In this document: positions 49,506-60,180 of the stretch, piece by piece
How positions within the stretch are numbered: the first letter of the stretch is position 1
How the letters are laid out: every line of letters begins with the position of its first letter
Source: a virus
Reading direction: 5' to 3' (one strand)
DNA: 64,000 nt
Virus record (IMG/VR): IMGVR_UViG_3300023440_000001
Span: 32,001-96,000 of that record
Made by a program: the position numbers and the translations under genes
The notes under the pieces: model-generated
What the model saw: only the letters and a program-made list of their open reading frames with translations
What the model was told of the DNA's origin: nothing
Database searches by the model: none

Positions 49506-50141
49506 ATGACCATGCATTCTTTATATCTGTTTATACTGGATGATATCAAGAAGGACAGCAGCGCGAAAGATATATCTGCTCGCTTTGAAGAGCTGTATGT
49601 AGATGATTATTGTGACGAGAACAACTGGTATCAGGAAGAAGTGTTTGTGCACCGGGATGGTACTGTTGTTCCTATGTGCCCGGCTGACGATTACCGTGGT
49701 CGTGATACTTTTGCCAGGGAGCTGGAATCAATGAAACCGGATGAGCGTATCCCATATTTGCTCACCCTGGCCATGAAAATGACCGCTGGTGACATAGGTC
49801 TCTTTAATGCTTCCAATTTGTCTCTGGTTGAGAATGAAGGAGATCGTAAGATCAACTCTCTCAGTCGAGCTGAGTTGATCAAGATCGTTGAAGATAACCA
49901 TGAAGTGCTGATCATTGCCCCTATGAAAGATGATAGTATTCCCGGGTTCCTGCGGTTCTGGAGAACAAAGAAGAACGTCGGCATCATCGAAGCATTCATG
50001 GATTCCAATATTAAACCGTTTGGTATTTATCCTACCACACCTTACGATGGCCCCCGCTGTTTCGATCTTCGAAGCGATCCGAAAGTTGCGGATCAGATTT
50101 CCGAAGGTGAAGGCATTCTGGCCGTCGATATTCATACTTAA
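49506..50141 (+). CDS. Hypothetical acidic protein
   Basis: GGAGG RBS, 211 aa. Confidence 0.6.
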   Translation: MTMHSLYLFILDDIKKDSSAKDISARFEELYVDDYCDENNWYQEEVFVHRDGTVVPMCPADDYRGRDTFARELESMKPDERIPYLLTLAMKMTAGDIGLFNASNLSLVENEGDRKINSLSRAELIKIVEDNHEVLIIAPMKDDSIPGFLRFWRTKKNVGIIEAFMDSNIKPFGIYPTTPYDGPRCFDLRSDPKVADQISEGEGILAVDIHT

Positions 50142-51245
50142 TCGGAGGAACTCCCATGTTTACTATATGCTGGCAAGAACTATCTGAAGTAAACGGTAAG
50201 GATGTATTTGTTGATCATTGGGAAAGATATGAAGATCTGGATTCCGTTAAGCAACTGATCGAGGATCTGGAAGAGAGAGGACTTGACCCGGACTTTGATA
50301 TACTGATCCTGGCACCTGATAGTGAACTTTCTGTCGAAGATATCCGCGCTCTGGAAATCGGTCGTGCCATTATGGAGGAGGCGGACTTCCTGGATATCAA
50401 CCTGATGGAAGGTCAAATTGAACACCAACTGGGTTCCATCTATGTAAATGATGTCTATATTTCAATCCTACCTGTAGAAGGATAGGGAGTGACTGTCAGT
50501 CTACACTGTTGCTGTTCATTCACTCCCTACACCCAATAGCATTTCACTATATTCAGCCTGAATGATGGGGGTAAACTGAATGAAGGATAAAGACTTTGAC
50601 TTTGAAGTGCACGTGAAGAAACCTGATAAGTTGATAATGACGTACTACCCGAATGGTGAGAAGAATGAGAAGGATCGTATTGAGTTTCAGATCACATTCC
50701 CGAAAGAGTACAGGCGTCTGCTGGAAGATGCCAACTTTCTGGAAGGAACTCAGGCACTGATACTACACCTGATTTCTACTCTGGAACTTCAAATGAATGA
50801 AAACGAGTTCCTACCGGAGCTCATTGAGATCGCATCCCTGCGGGAGGTACTCTATAACAAAACACTGGAGATCATCCAGGAAGCAATTGATAAGCACCTG
50901 AGCAATTCTATCTATAGTGCGATCCCCAAGAACCAGCGTTACAATAACTTCTTACTGGAGATTGTCCAATGACGGAAGTTGCTATCAACTCTCAGCTGTT
51001 CTTAAACTACATACAGGGTGCGGTACGACATTTAATTGCCGCCACCATGATAGAAGATCGGATTTCTAAATCCGACGCTATTAGTAAGGTAGAGGGACAG
51101 ATAGTTGATCTGCTCCGTAAAGAAGGACTGCGCATACTTGGTTCAGCCGATATTAACCTTATAGAAGATGCCAGTCGTCAGGTGTTTAAAGGCTCCTCAC
51201 TGAAGATCGTCGAGGAGATATTTAACTCAATCAAGGAGTATGCTC

Positions 51246-52406
51246 ATGAAGAAGCTAGTTCTTAAAGCTGGCCAGATTCAAACGGCAATGAACTTCCTGT
51301 TTCCGGGTTTTGAAAAGACCGGGACTCATCCGGAGAGTCAGTTACTTCATATCGAAGCGAAGGAGAAGTTCCTTATCTTTACTACCCGGAATCGCTACGT
51401 AATTGGTCGCTTTGCTATTGATATGGGTAAGGAACTGGAGTCATTCTCCACATTGATTCAGTATGAACGGTTCCGCAACTTGATTAACACATACCTACCA
51501 GAGACCAGGATAAGCCTGATTCCGGATGAGAATAGGCTTACCGTGCAGACCAATGGTCGCTACAGTTTTGTTGTGTACGATACGTATTATTCCCTGGAAA
51601 TGCCCAAAGTTGACGCTGCCGGGAAGGCAGATTATGCGACCCTTCATAAACTCTTAACACTGGCCAAACCATTTACAAGCATTGATAAGGCTACTGTTTC
51701 TGCCAATAAAGCAATTCGCCTGGTCTATAATGAAACGGACCAGACCTTAAAATCGATGGTAATTGATAACTCTGTTGCTGCTCAATTTGAAGTGAAGCTG
51801 AGCAAAGAGGCCAAGATCATTCCATTTGACATACATCGTCCTTTCGACGTCTATTTGAAAGGCACACTGGTCTCAAAGATGCAGGCGAATGCTATCTCAG
51901 GTGAAGCCAAACTCTATGTCAACGATGATCAGTCCGCTTTCAGTATTGTTGGACATGATGGCAAGGCCAAGATGGTTATGTCTACACTGAATGACCTCGA
52001 AGAATCTGCTGGTGTAGTGGAAACCGTTCTCGGCGAACACCGTCCGCATTACTTCACTGTTGATCTGGATATCTTCGAAGTCATTCTGCAGAGAATGGTA
52101 AACTTTGCTCCCGATGATATTCATGTTTCTGCTGCTGCAAGTGAAAAGAAGGTAACCTTTACAGCACAGGAACATGGTAAGGTTCTGGCGCAGGAAAGCA
52201 TGGAATGTGAAGATATCAAAGGTCATGTGAATATTCGTATGCCAATCCGTGTGGTTACCAACATTGTCAAACTATTGAGTAATAGCGGTGGAAAGCTGAA
52301 GTTCCAGGTAAATAAGGATGGTACTACTGCCATGGTAACCGGCCCGGTTAGTGACAATATCATCATGACAGTTGGCTTCAGCACTGAAGGCGAGGATAGT
52401 GAATAA
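51246..52406 (+). CDS. Sliding clamp (DNA Pol III beta-like)
   Basis: About 386 aa, repeating clamp-like alpha/beta pattern; in replication cluster. Confidence 0.55.
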   Translation: MKKLVLKAGQIQTAMNFLFPGFEKTGTHPESQLLHIEAKEKFLIFTTRNRYVIGRFAIDMGKELESFSTLIQYERFRNLINTYLPETRISLIPDENRLTVQTNGRYSFVVYDTYYSLEMPKVDAAGKADYATLHKLLTLAKPFTSIDKATVSANKAIRLVYNETDQTLKSMVIDNSVAAQFEVKLSKEAKIIPFDIHRPFDVYLKGTLVSKMQANAISGEAKLYVNDDQSAFSIVGHDGKAKMVMSTLNDLEESAGVVETVLGEHRPHYFTVDLDIFEVILQRMVNFAPDDIHVSAAASEKKVTFTAQEHGKVLAQESMECEDIKGHVNIRMPIRVVTNIVKLLSNSGGKLKFQVNKDGTTAMVTGPVSDNIIMTVGFSTEGEDSE

Positions 52407-52816
52407 TGGGATTGAAAAAGACCAACCGTGACTCACTGGAACTCTATATAGAAGAAGAGCTCGGAGATCTTCTGAATCTCCGGCTCACTTCTGGTTCCGG
52501 TAATCAGCTGGGAGATGGTGATCTAAAGCCCCGTTATCGAAAGCTGGATGATATTCACTTCGGTATAGAATGTAAACGCACTTCCCGTGGCAAAAACCAT
52601 AATGTAAAATGGGATGACTACCAAAAAGCCCGCAAGCAGGTAGAGCGCGGTGGTCAGGTGCTCTTATTTGTTACTCAAAACGAAGTCAGGGACGTTATGG
52701 TCCACCTTCGTTTCCAGGACTTTAAGTGGCTTCTGGAAATCATCCAAGAAGCCTATCAGATCGTATCTGAACAATGGGCGAATCAGCCCAACCATAAAGA
52801 ATCATCTCTACAGTGA
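52406..52816 (+). CDS. Holliday junction resolvase-like PD-(D/E)XK nuclease
   Basis: SGSG...GD...IECK. Confidence 0.7.
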   Translation: MGLKKTNRDSLELYIEEELGDLLNLRLTSGSGNQLGDGDLKPRYRKLDDIHFGIECKRTSRGKNHNVKWDDYQKARKQVERGGQVLLFVTQNEVRDVMVHLRFQDFKWLLEIIQEAYQIVSEQWANQPNHKESSLQ

Positions 52817-53574
52817 AGATGATTTCGTCCTATGAATCGACCACTAAGTATCAAGGAGTACGGGTATTATGCAGGATCGCTATACGGAAGAAGTAAGAAG
52901 ATGGTTTTATAACTCTTTTAAGGACGTAGTTAAGATCAACTCTCTAAACGATCTACAAGTTATTAACAGAGTTTCTATGGAGTCCAACCATGCCATGATC
53001 TTTCTGGCTGTTCTAATCGGTGATGCACGCCGAGATGTTGGCACTGTGATTTATGAGATCACCAGCAATGCAGCCGTGGTCAAAGAAGTAACTCTCGTCT
53101 TTGAGTATATATTCGACCTCATGAGTGATCCAGCCCCGTTTCTAGCTGGAAATGACAAGTCGTCTGAGCTCATGGATCGAATAGCTGATACCCATCAAAA
53201 CATTGTACGCTGGGAATCCGGCTTGACAGCTTTTATTAACAGTCGACTGCTGGATAGCCAGAGTCAACCGGCTCAGAATGAGCTGGATTCTGTATTGGAC
53301 CTGCTGGGCTATCTTGGGTACTTAAAACACTATTATGAAGATCTCTACCATGAAGTCAAAACTAATCCCGGAGAGATGTAAGCATTGTGTATTCTATGAA
53401 GAGAATCCTTATACGGGACTGGAAACCTGTTCCCGTAACTATCCACCTACTAGTGACTTTCGAACGGACTGCCGGGTCCGCTATTATCCGCGCGGTCCGT
53501 GGAAGTCTGCCTTTCGACCGATTCCGGACTGGCGGATGGACTTCGATTCACTATTTGGAAAGGAGATAATTGAT

Positions 53575-54708
53575 ATGAGCGGTGCTTCTTTAGAAGAGAA
53601 GATGGAACGTGCACAGGCCTTTCTCAAACAGTATTCCAAGGCTGTTGAGAAGAAAGGCTCCACAGTAGTTGCTGATTTTGCCAGTAAACTGCCGGAGAAC
53701 TACCGTTCCTTCCCCAGATTGCCCCTGGGTATTCCCAGCCTGGATCGTTTCTTTGGCGGCGGCGTACCCATGGGTGGTGTAATTACCTGTGCAGGTGATA
53801 CCAGTGTGGGTAAGACCACATTCCTGTTGCGCCTGATAGCAGCAGCCCAGAAACAGGGCAAGTTATGTTTGCTGGCTGATGCAGAAGGTACCTTTGATAC
53901 CAACTGGGCACTTAAACAGGGTGTGGATGTAGAAAAGCTGGTAGTCCTGCAGCCCGGATTACCGCCGGAGGAAGAGTTTACACCGACCACTCTGGAAGAC
54001 TACTGGAATGGTATAATCCAGGCAGCCAATTCCAATATCTTTGACTTCTTTGGCCTGGATTCGCTGGATGCCATGATTGCTCGTGGCCGGCTGCAATCCA
54101 AGAAAGGCAAAGCCCGGGATCTGGACGATGCCGACGTGGCCTTAAAGGCCCGAGTATTATCAGATGCCTATCCCCGGGTACTGGGTGCCTGCCGGGCCAA
54201 TGCCATTACCTTCTTTCAAATCGCTCAACTGAGAACCACCGGTATTGGTAGTGCCTTTGTCAAGAACGATATCTCCGGGGGTAACGCCCGGAAGTATTAT
54301 GATATTCTAACACTGCACATTCGTCGTGGCTCTAAAAGTGAGGCACCGGTTGATGGTAATAAACCACTGGGCTTCAAGTTTATCATGGAAGCTCGTAAAT
54401 CCAAGATCGGTGGAATCAGAGAAGGAGATGCTGTGGAGACTATCTTCTTCTTTGATAAGGGTTTCGACCCTGTTTATGAACTAGTGGTAGAAGCCATTGA
54501 GCGCGGTGTTATTGCCAAGAAAGGTAATGCAGCGGCCACTTTTACTACCACTTCCGGTGAAGTCCATAACATTAAAGCCGGTAAAGAGTATAAGATTGCC
54601 GCCTATATTGATGAGAATGGACTGTTTGATGACCTGCGTCTGCAGGTAACCGGTGAAGTGAGTGAAGAAGCGGAAACCGTGGATGAAACAACGGCTGAAG
54701 CTTCCTGA
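53575..54708 (+). CDS. recA: RecA/UvsX-like recombinase
   Basis: GGGVPMG, GDTSVGKTT, DAEG, LDSL, QLR, SGGNARKYY; start behind AAGGAG. Confidence 0.9.
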   Translation: MSGASLEEKMERAQAFLKQYSKAVEKKGSTVVADFASKLPENYRSFPRLPLGIPSLDRFFGGGVPMGGVITCAGDTSVGKTTFLLRLIAAAQKQGKLCLLADAEGTFDTNWALKQGVDVEKLVVLQPGLPPEEEFTPTTLEDYWNGIIQAANSNIFDFFGLDSLDAMIARGRLQSKKGKARDLDDADVALKARVLSDAYPRVLGACRANAITFFQIAQLRTTGIGSAFVKNDISGGNARKYYDILTLHIRRGSKSEAPVDGNKPLGFKFIMEARKSKIGGIREGDAVETIFFFDKGFDPVYELVVEAIERGVIAKKGNAAATFTTTSGEVHNIKAGKEYKIAAYIDENGLFDDLRLQVTGEVSEEAETVDETTAEAS

Positions 54709-55052
54709 TCATTGTATTAATCCGGGTTCCAGTAGTTATCCGGGACCCGGGTCAAACCCATTGATTGGAGGTATATAGATGGGTGAGCAGCTCATATCTT
54801 CAGGTGGTACATTCCATTATCTTGGCAGCTTTGAGGGTCATGATCTATATATCTGTAGTGATTACGATGTACCCGAAGACATGGTACTATTTGTTAATAG
54901 AGATCGCATGACCGATGAACCTTATGAACCTGGCATGTTTCACGGATGGACTGTCGACGAAGTCGCAGACTATTTAAGTATGCTCGAGTTTGACTTCTCT
55001 CAGCTGTTTAATGATGATGCTCGAGCATGATTCGAATCGAAGGAGTATTAAA

Positions 55053-55379
55053 ATGGATGAGAAAACCAAATGTATCCGTGAACTCAATGATAGGTTTCGG
55101 AAGACCTTTAGAGGTGGTATTATTCGAATCACTACCGGTATTGGAGCTCGTCCCGATGTTGATGAAATCATGGAAGCTGTCCGTAACTTTGACGACTTTA
55201 ATCCGGACAACGATCCCTACGGCGAGCATGACTTTGGTGCCATAACGTTAAAAGATGGTACCCGCATATTCTGGAAGATTGACTACTACGATGTGTCTCT
55301 TAAATACCATTCTCTGAAGCCAGCCGATGAGATAGTGACTACGAGAGTATTGACTGTTATGTTGGCTTCAGAGTATTAA
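55053..55379 (+). CDS. DUF3768-like protein
   Basis: LNDRFR, NDPYGEHDFG, FWKIDYYD, RVLTVMLASEY. Confidence 0.8.
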   Translation: MDEKTKCIRELNDRFRKTFRGGIIRITTGIGARPDVDEIMEAVRNFDDFNPDNDPYGEHDFGAITLKDGTRIFWKIDYYDVSLKYHSLKPADEIVTTRVLTVMLASEY

Positions 55380-55862
55380 CTGAATATCAGGAGTGCTAAT
55401 ATGAAAGCCATTCATATCTATTTTGAAGATGATGCACCTATTGGTGGCTACATTGGCGAGCAGCTGGAAGATGCAATTGCTCGTGTCATTGGTGAACAAT
55501 TCGGTTTATCCGCTCGGGTTGAGAGTGAGATAACCCATGGCATAACCCAATCCAGTACATTCATGCCAAAAGCTTTTAAGATATGGACCAGTAACTTTGT
55601 GGAATGGTTATTCGGAGTAAGGGATGCTTCGTTTAAGTCCGTACAGAACAAGTTGTTGAAGATTGGTGTCAGCTACATATATGATAACTATAAGACTATT
55701 TCTGATCTAATCTGTGAACTGGGTGTTATACCTATTTCTCTAATCTGGAACATGGAGGAATTGGATCTACCAGAGCAGATAATAAATGATGAAGAGATCA
55801 ATCGGGATAACCTGGAAAAGCATATGGAAGAGTGGCCGGTTAAATGGCTGTTATAGATTAAT

Positions 55863-56010
55863 GGCAGGGTGGCGGAACGGTAGACGCAGAGACTGAGAGC
55901 AACTCGGGTGGTCTGTATCATTGCTCTGAAACGGTCGGGATTATCCCCGTAGCCAAAACCGTACGATGGATTGACGCACCGTGCAGGGTTCGAGTCCCTG
56001 CCCCTGCCCA
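55863..56010 (+). ncRNA. Oversized tRNA-like RNA (148 nt)
   Basis: Leu-type acceptor and D-arm GGCAGGGTGGCGGAACGGTAGACGC, T-arm GGGTTCGAGTCCC; about 95-nt middle with no canonical anticodon arm. Confidence 0.7.
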
Positions 56011-56024
56011 GAGTCAATTATCAC

Positions 56025-56151
56025 GGCGGGGTGGCGAAATTGGTAGACGCTGCGACCCAGACGCTGACGAAGAAGGGGCAACTCGAAGCCCTATAAAGGA
56101 TGGGTTATAGGACGCTTCGTCGTGCGGGTTCAAATCCCGCCCCCGCCGCCA
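56025..56151 (+). ncRNA. Oversized tRNA-like RNA (127 nt, G73 + CCA)
   Basis: Perfect 7-bp acceptor, 5-bp T-stem, encoded CCA; weak anticodon arm; branched extended variable arm. Confidence 0.75.
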
Positions 56152-56491
56152 TTTATTAAGGAGAGGATTATGCACTGCGTAGAATGTAACTCCAATAAGT
56201 TACAACGGGAGATGTTTGAAAAGACCGGTACCTGTCCATTATGTAACGGTCACCGCCACATCAGTTTCCATCGCTACGTCCAGTGGAAACTGGGTTTTGT
56301 ACTATGGCTTAATGATGATGGAAATCATGCACCGGTGGAAACTATGAAGCAACGCTGCGAAGACATGATTCTCAGGTGTTATAGAGAGTATCACAAAAAC
56401 CGACTCCCGATTATCAAACCCTATCCACTTGATCACGGGAGTCCGGTAGACGTAGTAGCATATTACATTGATCAGTTTAAGGAATAGAGCA

Positions 56492-57679
56492 ATGAATATA
56501 AGCAACTATGTTGACTGTATGATACTCCGTGTTATTGCTGGCTCCCATGCGTACGATATGGCCACGGAACATTCCGATCTGGATGTAAAGGGTATCTTGA
56601 TACCGCCGTATGAATATCTGCTGGGTATCTACACGTTTGAACAGACCGAAGGTGATATGAAAGACGACCCCCTGGAGCAGATCGGTCTGGATCCAACACT
56701 ACTTCGTAACGGTGGTGAGTTTACTTACTATTCTCTTCAGAAGTACTTTAAGCTGGCTCGGGATTGTAATCCTTCGATTCTGGAACTCCTGTTTTCAGAT
56801 CCAAAGCATTATATATGGGATGGAATTACACCTGAGAACAGGCGGTTGGGTGAGCTGCTGATTCGTAATCGTCGTCTGTTTCTATCTCAGAAGGTACGCT
56901 TTACTTATACCGGCTATGCACACGCCCAGCTGAAACGCATTAAAGGTCACAATAAATGGTTGACCAATCCACAGCCCGAAGAGAAGCCCCGACCGGTAAA
57001 CTTCATGAAGTTCTATCCCCTCAATATACATGAACAGCCAGCACTGTTTTATACCGCTCACATTGCCCTGGAAGATGATCCGGATTTTGAGAAGTGGATA
57101 TTGAAGTATGGTTTACAATCAATGGGTGCTAAACCAATTCCCGGCACCGACAACAAAGCCTTCTTTCTGTACCAGAAGGGCAGGGGAATAGTCGATTCCT
57201 CAGGCGCTCTGTTATCTGACTATTCCTATAACTACGATCCGGATAGCCCTGTCATTGGTATCCTGGTCTTCCAGCGAGACGAGTATCGCTCTCAGCTGAA
57301 GAAGTGGAAGGAATACTGGGATTGGGTACGTAATCGTAACCCGGCCAGAAGTGAGCTTGAGAAGAAGTATGGCTACGATACTAAGCACGCTGCCCATCTT
57401 ATCCGGCTATTGCGCACCGGTTACGAGCTAATGAGTACCGGCGAACTCCATGTTCTACGCCCGGATGCCGAAGAGCTTCTGGCTATCCGCAACGGTGCCT
57501 GGAGTTACAAGCAGCTGATTGATCATGCCGAAGAGACGGAGCAGAAGATCATCGAATTATATGACAGCCCATACTGTCCGCTTCCGATGAAGCCGGACAT
57601 CAAGAAGATTAACCAGCTCTATTTGGAGATGATAGAGCCGATAATCAGCAGGAGATTGAGCAATGAAGGTTCTTATTAG
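56492..57679 (+). CDS. Pol-beta-superfamily nucleotidyltransferase (YcgL/RlaP-like)
   Basis: GSHAY...SDLDVKG, NPSILELL, YDTKHAAHLIRLL. Confidence 0.88.
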   Translation: MNISNYVDCMILRVIAGSHAYDMATEHSDLDVKGILIPPYEYLLGIYTFEQTEGDMKDDPLEQIGLDPTLLRNGGEFTYYSLQKYFKLARDCNPSILELLFSDPKHYIWDGITPENRRLGELLIRNRRLFLSQKVRFTYTGYAHAQLKRIKGHNKWLTNPQPEEKPRPVNFMKFYPLNIHEQPALFYTAHIALEDDPDFEKWILKYGLQSMGAKPIPGTDNKAFFLYQKGRGIVDSSGALLSDYSYNYDPDSPVIGILVFQRDEYRSQLKKWKEYWDWVRNRNPARSELEKKYGYDTKHAAHLIRLLRTGYELMSTGELHVLRPDAEELLAIRNGAWSYKQLIDHAEETEQKIIELYDSPYCPLPMKPDIKKINQLYLEMIEPIISRRLSNEGSY

Positions 57680-57723
57680 AGTTAAGGCCATTTAACTGGT
57701 GATTGAATATAAGGAGTATAACT

Positions 57724-58101
57724 ATGATTGTGTTCTACTGGGGAGATATCGCTGGCTTTCTGGAAGAGGAAGCCGATCGTATCAAAGATGCCCTGGAAGA
57801 GGCTGGTATTCAGTATAGCCGGTTCGAAATCAAAGAGCAGCCACAATGTTTAGGTGAGCGATTCGATGTGTTATTCTTTGACTGGGGTGGTATGTCAGTC
57901 GGTAATAATATGCTTGATCACTATTGTCGGCGTATACTGCAACATGCCAAAGACCATCCCGGTAGAGTCTATGTCATGGTATCGGCTATGACCAGTTATG
58001 CTATGCGAGATGCACTAGAAACGTTTGGATCAGATCGCCCGGCGAATCTGTTTCTGGAAATAGATGAAGCATTAAGCTTTCTTAAACAGTTAAACCAATA
58101 A
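57724..58101 (+). CDS. Receiver-like fold protein
   Basis: FDVLFFDWGG, VMVSA. Confidence 0.4.
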   Translation: MIVFYWGDIAGFLEEEADRIKDALEEAGIQYSRFEIKEQPQCLGERFDVLFFDWGGMSVGNNMLDHYCRRILQHAKDHPGRVYVMVSAMTSYAMRDALETFGSDRPANLFLEIDEALSFLKQLNQ

Positions 58102-58129
58102 GCTTAATTCAAATCATAAGGAGTAATCT

Positions 58130-58585
58130 ATGAGACCAGCTCCCTATACGTTTTACAAAGGTAAGGCCGCCATGCGGTTGAGTATCATTCCCCCGAAAGA
58201 GGTCCAGAAAGGACAGTATTCTAATACCGATCCGGGAATGATCCTAATGGAAATCGCTCCGGCAAAGGGTAAACAGTCCTATGATTGGGACAATAAGATC
58301 GTGTTCTCCCTGAGCCCGGCGGAAGTTGCCACAATTGAAGTGAACCGGCTGATGAAGAAAGAGACCAGCCTGTTTCATGATCCGAATATGAAGTCGGACA
58401 AACAGGGCCAGGTTACCAAAAGCTTAAAGATCAGCCAGACCGACAGCGGTGGCTACATGTTCACCCTGTTTGAAACCAACAACGGCAACAAACACCATGT
58501 CTCCATCATTCTTTCAGCTGCCGAATACTATTTGTTTCGCATGCTGGTAGAGAATGGTGTGTTAAAGACATTAGCCTGGGTATGA
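58130..58585 (+). CDS. Whirly-family ssDNA-binding protein
   Basis: YKGKAAM, APA, YDW, K.VFSLS..E, FHDP, K.LK motifs in plant Whirly order. Confidence 0.75.
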   Translation: MRPAPYTFYKGKAAMRLSIIPPKEVQKGQYSNTDPGMILMEIAPAKGKQSYDWDNKIVFSLSPAEVATIEVNRLMKKETSLFHDPNMKSDKQGQVTKSLKISQTDSGGYMFTLFETNNGNKHHVSIILSAAEYYLFRMLVENGVLKTLAWV

Positions 58586-58898
58586 GCCATGGAAAAGGAT
58601 CCTGGAACACTGCTCGGTGTTGCATTATTCACCGTCTTAATCATCATGCTTCTAGCCGCCGGTCAGTTTGTACTTGCTTTGTTCCTGTTTATTGTTATGA
58701 TTAGTATTCTAATGGAGAAGCCCAATCTATGAAAGTACTGATTACATTGTTCGGAGTCTTACTGATTGTCTTTGCTCTGTTGTCCGGAGCATGGTTTATT
58801 GCACTGTTGTTGGTATTAGTGCTGTACGTAAACATTCGTAAGAATGAATACTTCACAAGTTCATAGCAGTTGAGACGACCATCGAGTCGCTACTGCCA

Positions 58899-58935
58899 AA
58901 GGCGGAGGTCCTGTTGTGGGTCTCCGCCTTTCTTG
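58899..58935 (+). terminator. Intrinsic terminator
   Basis: AAGGCGGAG...CTCCGCCTT + T-rich tail. Confidence 0.6.
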
Positions 58936-58977
58936 CTTTAAGAGCCTTATTCAGCCTATATGTCATGAGGTATCTGA

Positions 58978-60165
58978 ATGGACTTCAGTAGTGTATTCAA
59001 AAGAGATTACCGATCCTTTGCTCTGGGCATGTTCTCTGATATTATACAGGAAGAACTGCAACAGAATGGTAAAGTAAACGTTCTGGATCTCCCATCCAGC
59101 AATCTTATCCGGGAGTTGCGTTACTGGACAGATGTTGTCGGGCTAACCATTAATCACTATGTAGCTTTCGAGATAAATGACGAGATTGAAAAGGAGATTA
59201 TCAAGCAGAAGCATGTTGCTCGCCAGTATATAAATAGTGATCAGGTAGCCCAAATACTGGTGAACCCTTATGACTCTCAGGTGCCCGGTAAGGACCGTCT
59301 TCCTAAAGGTGTGCGCTTGCCAATGAAGGACATCATGGATCTTCGCGAGCGCCGAAGTCGGAAGCGCTTTACCATTCTCAACTTTGATTTGTGTGGCGCC
59401 CTGGGCGTCGGTGAAATGGGTATTATTGCTGATATATGTAGTATCCATGCTACCGATAAGTTTGTACTTCTGATTACTTCATCATTGCGTACCCGAGGCG
59501 GACTGGAAGTCATTGATCGTCTGTTTACTAATATGAAGGATGTTTTGTTACCCGCAGCTGGTATCGAAGTGATCCGGACTTATGGCCCAAAGACATACCA
59601 GGGCGGTACCGACGGTAATAACGGTACCCCGATGGTATTCTATGCATTGGCCTGTGAGAAGGCCATTAAGAATTGTCGAAGCCTGGATGTTCCTGATAAT
59701 AAACCAGACGTGAGGATTACTCTATCAGACGATAATGATCGTGAATCTACCGTTGAAGATCGAAGTAATGCTAAAACGGATTTAGCAGATATTATATCAA
59801 AGCTCCCATCATTGGAGTCGGTACCACCAATTCCAGATGAACTCCAGAACTTCATTCCCAGGAGGTATAATCTTATCTGGACTCTGAATTGGTTGAAGGA
59901 TAATCCATACTATACTGGTCAGCATTTAATGAAGTTGTTGAAGACAGATGATGTTAAGTATGTTAGCTCTCTAATTCGTCGGCTTCGCCGTCAGGGATTG
60001 ATTTCAGACTCTTCTCGTGCACTGTCTAAGGAGCTATTTGATTTGAATGGTAATAAAGCGAAAGCAGGTAAGGGTGGCTTTCGTATATCCTATGCCGAGT
60101 TAACCAGTAAGGGTCACTTACTTTTAGAGCAGTTTAAAAGTGCTTTGGATTACTTTACAGAATAA
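58978..60165 (+). CDS. Methyltransferase-like fold + C-terminal wHTH
   Basis: VLDLPS, LNFDLCG; C-term SLIRRLRRQGLI...LTSKG. Confidence 0.45.
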   Translation: MDFSSVFKRDYRSFALGMFSDIIQEELQQNGKVNVLDLPSSNLIRELRYWTDVVGLTINHYVAFEINDEIEKEIIKQKHVARQYINSDQVAQILVNPYDSQVPGKDRLPKGVRLPMKDIMDLRERRSRKRFTILNFDLCGALGVGEMGIIADICSIHATDKFVLLITSSLRTRGGLEVIDRLFTNMKDVLLPAAGIEVIRTYGPKTYQGGTDGNNGTPMVFYALACEKAIKNCRSLDVPDNKPDVRITLSDDNDRESTVEDRSNAKTDLADIISKLPSLESVPPIPDELQNFIPRRYNLIWTLNWLKDNPYYTGQHLMKLLKTDDVKYVSSLIRRLRRQGLISDSSRALSKELFDLNGNKAKAGKGGFRISYAELTSKGHLLLEQFKSALDYFTE

Positions 60166-60180
60166 CATCAGGAGGTGTTT

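Noticed and set aside
53335-53574. N-terminal extension of RecA in the ORF track
   Set aside because: A strong RBS precedes ATG 53575; the upstream part is probably not RecA
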